From: Azolla caroliniana
Lineage: Eukaryota > Plantae > Polypodiophyta
Direction: 5' to 3'
Assembly: GCA_043228905.1 (NCBI GenBank)
Contig: JBHGNT010000017.1
Span: forward strand, 17,546,001 to 17,610,000
Length of the DNA stretch: 64,000 bases
The position numbers and the translations under genes are program-made. The notes below the pieces were generated by a model, which had not been told where the DNA came from, did not search any database, and was given only the letters and a program-made list of their open reading frames with translations. Positions 60,665 to 64,000 of this stretch are shown in pieces (position 1 is the stretch's first letter; each line of letters opens with the position of its first letter).

Positions 60665-61549
60665 TGTTAAGTAATTAGGTAATTAACTAGGGTTAATTAG
60701 AGACTAATTATATGGTTACGTTAAGCAGCGGAAGATTAGTATGATATGCGCGTGAGAGTGTGTGAGAGGAAGAGAGAGAGAGAGAGGAAGTTACACTTGA
60801 ACACAAAGATAAATGGGGGATGATTGTTGGGAGACAGGTCCCTCCGGATGGGAAGGGAGAAGAACGGTATGAGGAGTACCCGGCTATGGAGAGCCGGATG
60901 ATACAGGCCCGGTGTGAACCGGATGAGGAGTACCCGGCTACGGAGAGCCGGATGATACAGACCCGGTATGAACCGGATGAGGAGTACCCGGCTACGGAGA
61001 GCCGGATGATACAGGCCCGGTGAGAACCGGATGAGGAGCACCCGGCTACGGAGAGCCGGATGGCGCAGACCCGGTATGAACCGGAGGAAGAGACATATTC
61101 GTAAATATGTTTTTGAGAGCCCATCGAGGCTATATTTGTAAATAGCCGAAAAGTCATATTAGTATAAATATGACTTAGGGCAAACTTTTAGCATGTGGTT
61201 GTTAATTTCTGTCTTGCACGAAATCAGAGCGTGTAACTGTATAGAGAGAGAGAGAGAGAGAGAACGAGGTCGTTGCCTCTGTTGTAACCGCCGTCTGTGG
61301 CGAAGATCGTGAGCACGAGGTCGTTGCCTCCATGGACTCATTGTTTTGTACATTCTTACATAGTGACAGTTTGCAGCCTGTGGCTTGCCGTGGTTTTTCC
61401 CTAGTTTGGGGTTTTCCACGTAAACCTCCTGTGTAGTGTGTGTATATCTTCCTCTCCTTTGTGTCGTGTTCTATTTCCTATTTTCTGTGCATGAAAATAA
61501 TCTCGGTTGTGGCCGAGCGTTGCGCATAAGGAACGTTGGGTTCCCGACA
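60665..61549 (+). mobile_element. LTR without TSD, joining the LINE to the copia F LTR
   Basis: TGTTAAG...CCCGACA termini, TATAAAT at ~61164 and a GGTTTTCCACGT motif. Flanks ATATT/ATGAT do not match. Confidence 0.7.
60862..61090. repeat. 54-bp tandem repeat, 4 copies plus a partial copy, within the LTR U3
   Basis: Units GAACCGGATGAGGAGTACCCGGCTACGGAGAGCCGGATGATACAGRCCCGGT.. Confidence 0.93.
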
Positions 61550-64000
61550 ATGATTGACTATATTGAAAAGTGTCATCAACTACAAAAATACCCACAATGA
61601 GGTATATATACAACCCATGTGCAAAGGTGCACATGTGTGGGTAGAACATAGGTACTTATGCGTAAGTCCTACATTAAATGTACTAAGGAGTGGAGGATCT
61701 AGAATATCCCACTTAAGTACAAGGTCCTATTTAAAGGCTTAAGGTCAACACATTAACTAGATTCGATCTAGGTAACTACTAAGTTACATGTGTTGACTAA
61801 CTAGATTAAACTAGTTGAGCTTGATATCTCAACATGCCCCCTCAAGCTCAAGTGTGAGGCGTCCAACGTCCGGTTTAGCTTCCTTCGGCTTCGTCGGCAT
61901 CGGTGCGGGTTGCAGCTTTCTTCGCGGCATTGCGCGGCTTTCTTTGCATCTTCACGGCTTCGTTGTGCGGCTCTCCGCGGCTTTGTTGCGCGGCGTTGCA
62001 CGGCTTTCTTCGCGTCTTCGCGGCTTCGTTGCGCGGTTCTCCGCGGCGGCTTTCTTTGCGGCGTTGCACGGCTTTCTTCGCGTCTTCGCGGCTTCGTTGA
62101 GCGGCTCTCCGCGGCTTTGTTGTCCCCCTCAAGCCTGTGACGATGGCTTGGATCCTCGGGCTCTTGTTCGACCACTACCTTCATTGTGAGGGCATAGTGA
62201 TGGGCCATATACTCGTTGTAGGCGTAATGAGTGACTTGGGTCTTCGCTCGTGATGAGCGGCGGAGTTTCTCGTTTGTCGATGTGAGTGCCTTCTTTACTC
62301 CGGGTGTCCTCATGATGGGTACACCGAACTCACTGTCTAGTGAGCGAGCTGAATCATCCGAATCACGGTCGTCGGGGTGGACCTCGACTTCGTATTCGGG
62401 CATCTTACCTTTGCCTTTGTCCGATGTCGGACTTGGCCGCGATGTGTTTTCATCGCGTGGAGGCTCTTGTGGGCCAATTAGCTCGGTAGAGCTTGGATTG
62501 TCCTTCGGTGGAGGACTTGGCCGAGTTTCGTCGTCTGAGTTGGCGTTCAACTCTTCCTCGATCGGGTCGGATGGAGTCGCATCGGGCTTATACCAAGATG
62601 CTGATTCGTCGAAAACGACTTATCCGCACCGCTCGGGTCGAGGGGTTGAAGCACTTGTACGCCTTTTTCGTGGACAAGTATCCTATGAGGATACATTCTT
62701 CCGACTTCGCGTCGGGCTTCTCTCGACTTTCGTTCGGGATGCGTACATTCGCAATGCTTCCGAACACCTTGAGGTGCGAGAGGATGGGCTTCCTTCCAAC
62801 AAAGATCTTGTATGGAGTAAGCTCGTGCACGTTATTTCTGGTGCATCGATTCATGAGATAGACGGCCGTGGATGCCGCTTCCGCCCAATAGAAGTTCGGC
62901 ATGTGCTTCTCACGCATCATGGCACGTGCTACCTCGAGTATTTGCCGATTCTTTCTCTCGGCTACTCCATTTTGTTGGGGAGTGTGTCGGCATGAGAATT
63001 CTCTACGAATGCCTTCACCTTGGAGGTAAGAGGTGAACTCGTCGGAGAAGTACTCCTTTCCTCCGTCTGATCGTAGGCATCGAATGTGCCGACCGGTTTC
63101 TTTCTCCACTTGGCTTTTGAGCCTTTGAAAGTGGGAGAGCACTTCACTCTTCTTCTTCATTGGGTATATCCACGTGTAGCGCGTGTGGTCGTCGATGAAG
63201 GTGACGTAGTAGCGGCATCCGCCGAGCATCGGCATTTGAGCCGGTCCCCGTACATCCGAGTGTATGACGTCGAGGAGGCCTTTGCTTGTGGAGCTCTCCT
63301 TCGGGAATGGGAGTCGATGTTGTTTGCCGAGTTGGCATGCTTCACACACTTGGTCGACTCGTTTCGATTCGAAGGCCGGGAGTCCGATTACGACTCCCTT
63401 TGACTGCATTCCGCGAAGCCGTTGGAGGTTTACGTGGCCGATTCGCTTGTGCCACAACTCGATGTTTGTCTCGGTCTTGAGACCTTTGGCGTACATGGCC
63501 GATTTTACCTCGTTTGAGTCAAGGATGAACAAGCGACTGTCTCTCCGTCCCATGGCTATGAGTCGGCCGTCTTTCTCGATGAAGCAACCTTCATTGTTGA
63601 AGCAGACTTGCATGCCTTGCTCCATGATTTGGTCGACCGAGACCAAATTCTTTGTTATTGTGGGCACGTGCAAGACATTCTTGATGCAAGTTTGCTCGCC
63701 TTCTTTCCCGAATGGGACATCGCCGATGTGCCGAATGGGATGCGGAGTGTCGTCTCTGGTCTCTATGTAGCCAGGTCGATCCGGCGTTCGCAAGTCGCGA
63801 AACCACTCTTGGTGTGACGTCATGTGGTGCGAGGCGCCGGAGTCTACGAACCACGCGTGTTCGGAGTTGGAGGTGCTAGCAGAGTTTGCGGGATCGGAGG
63901 CCATGATAGAGTTCGCTCTATGCCTCATCATGAAGAGTTTGCTCTATGCCTCATCATGAAGAGTCCGCCGTAGTTCTCGTATTCCACGTTCGCGGCGTAA
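61550..64000 (-). mobile_element. Ty1/copia element F: PR-GAGpre-INT present, RT/RNase H deleted, 3' LTR (to 61834) truncated
   Basis: ORF 62588-63931 (WFVDSGASHHM, IHSDV, QNGVAERKNR). The linker [14 protein letters not shown] jumps directly to the pol end. PPT at 61836-61845. Confidence 0.92.

Noticed and set aside
60708-61157. 18-aa repeat proteins
   Set aside because: A by-product of the 54-bp array within an LTR, which is open in several frames.

Overview
Eukaryotic land-plant genomic DNA. A seed-free plant such as a fern is my inference from the TE types and gene style; it is not established. The window is a TE-dense region around two tandem, apparently intact, 3-exon LRR receptor kinase genes on the minus strand (33674-39194 and 42340-48723). 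Each joins an RLP-style ectodomain (19 LRRs, an island domain, 4 terminal LRRs, then IPxGxQF) to a non-RD (HCDLKP) FLS2/LRR-XII-like kinase. From 1 to 23 kb there is a multi-layer nest of Ty1/copia elements and members of a Ty3/gypsy lineage with a tRNA-Trp primer site and 4-bp TSDs, including a pol-less gag-only element. The 23-33 kb stretch holds minisatellites, hAT-type MITEs, an L1-like LINE and old TE remnants. From 51 to 64 kb there is an L1-like LINE carrying a young copia insertion, a TSD-less LTR and an RT/RNaseH-deleted copia. There is no CRISPR or rRNA. Two tRNA-like sequences are present, neither a canonical tRNA gene. Coordinates were read by eye and may be off by a few bases.
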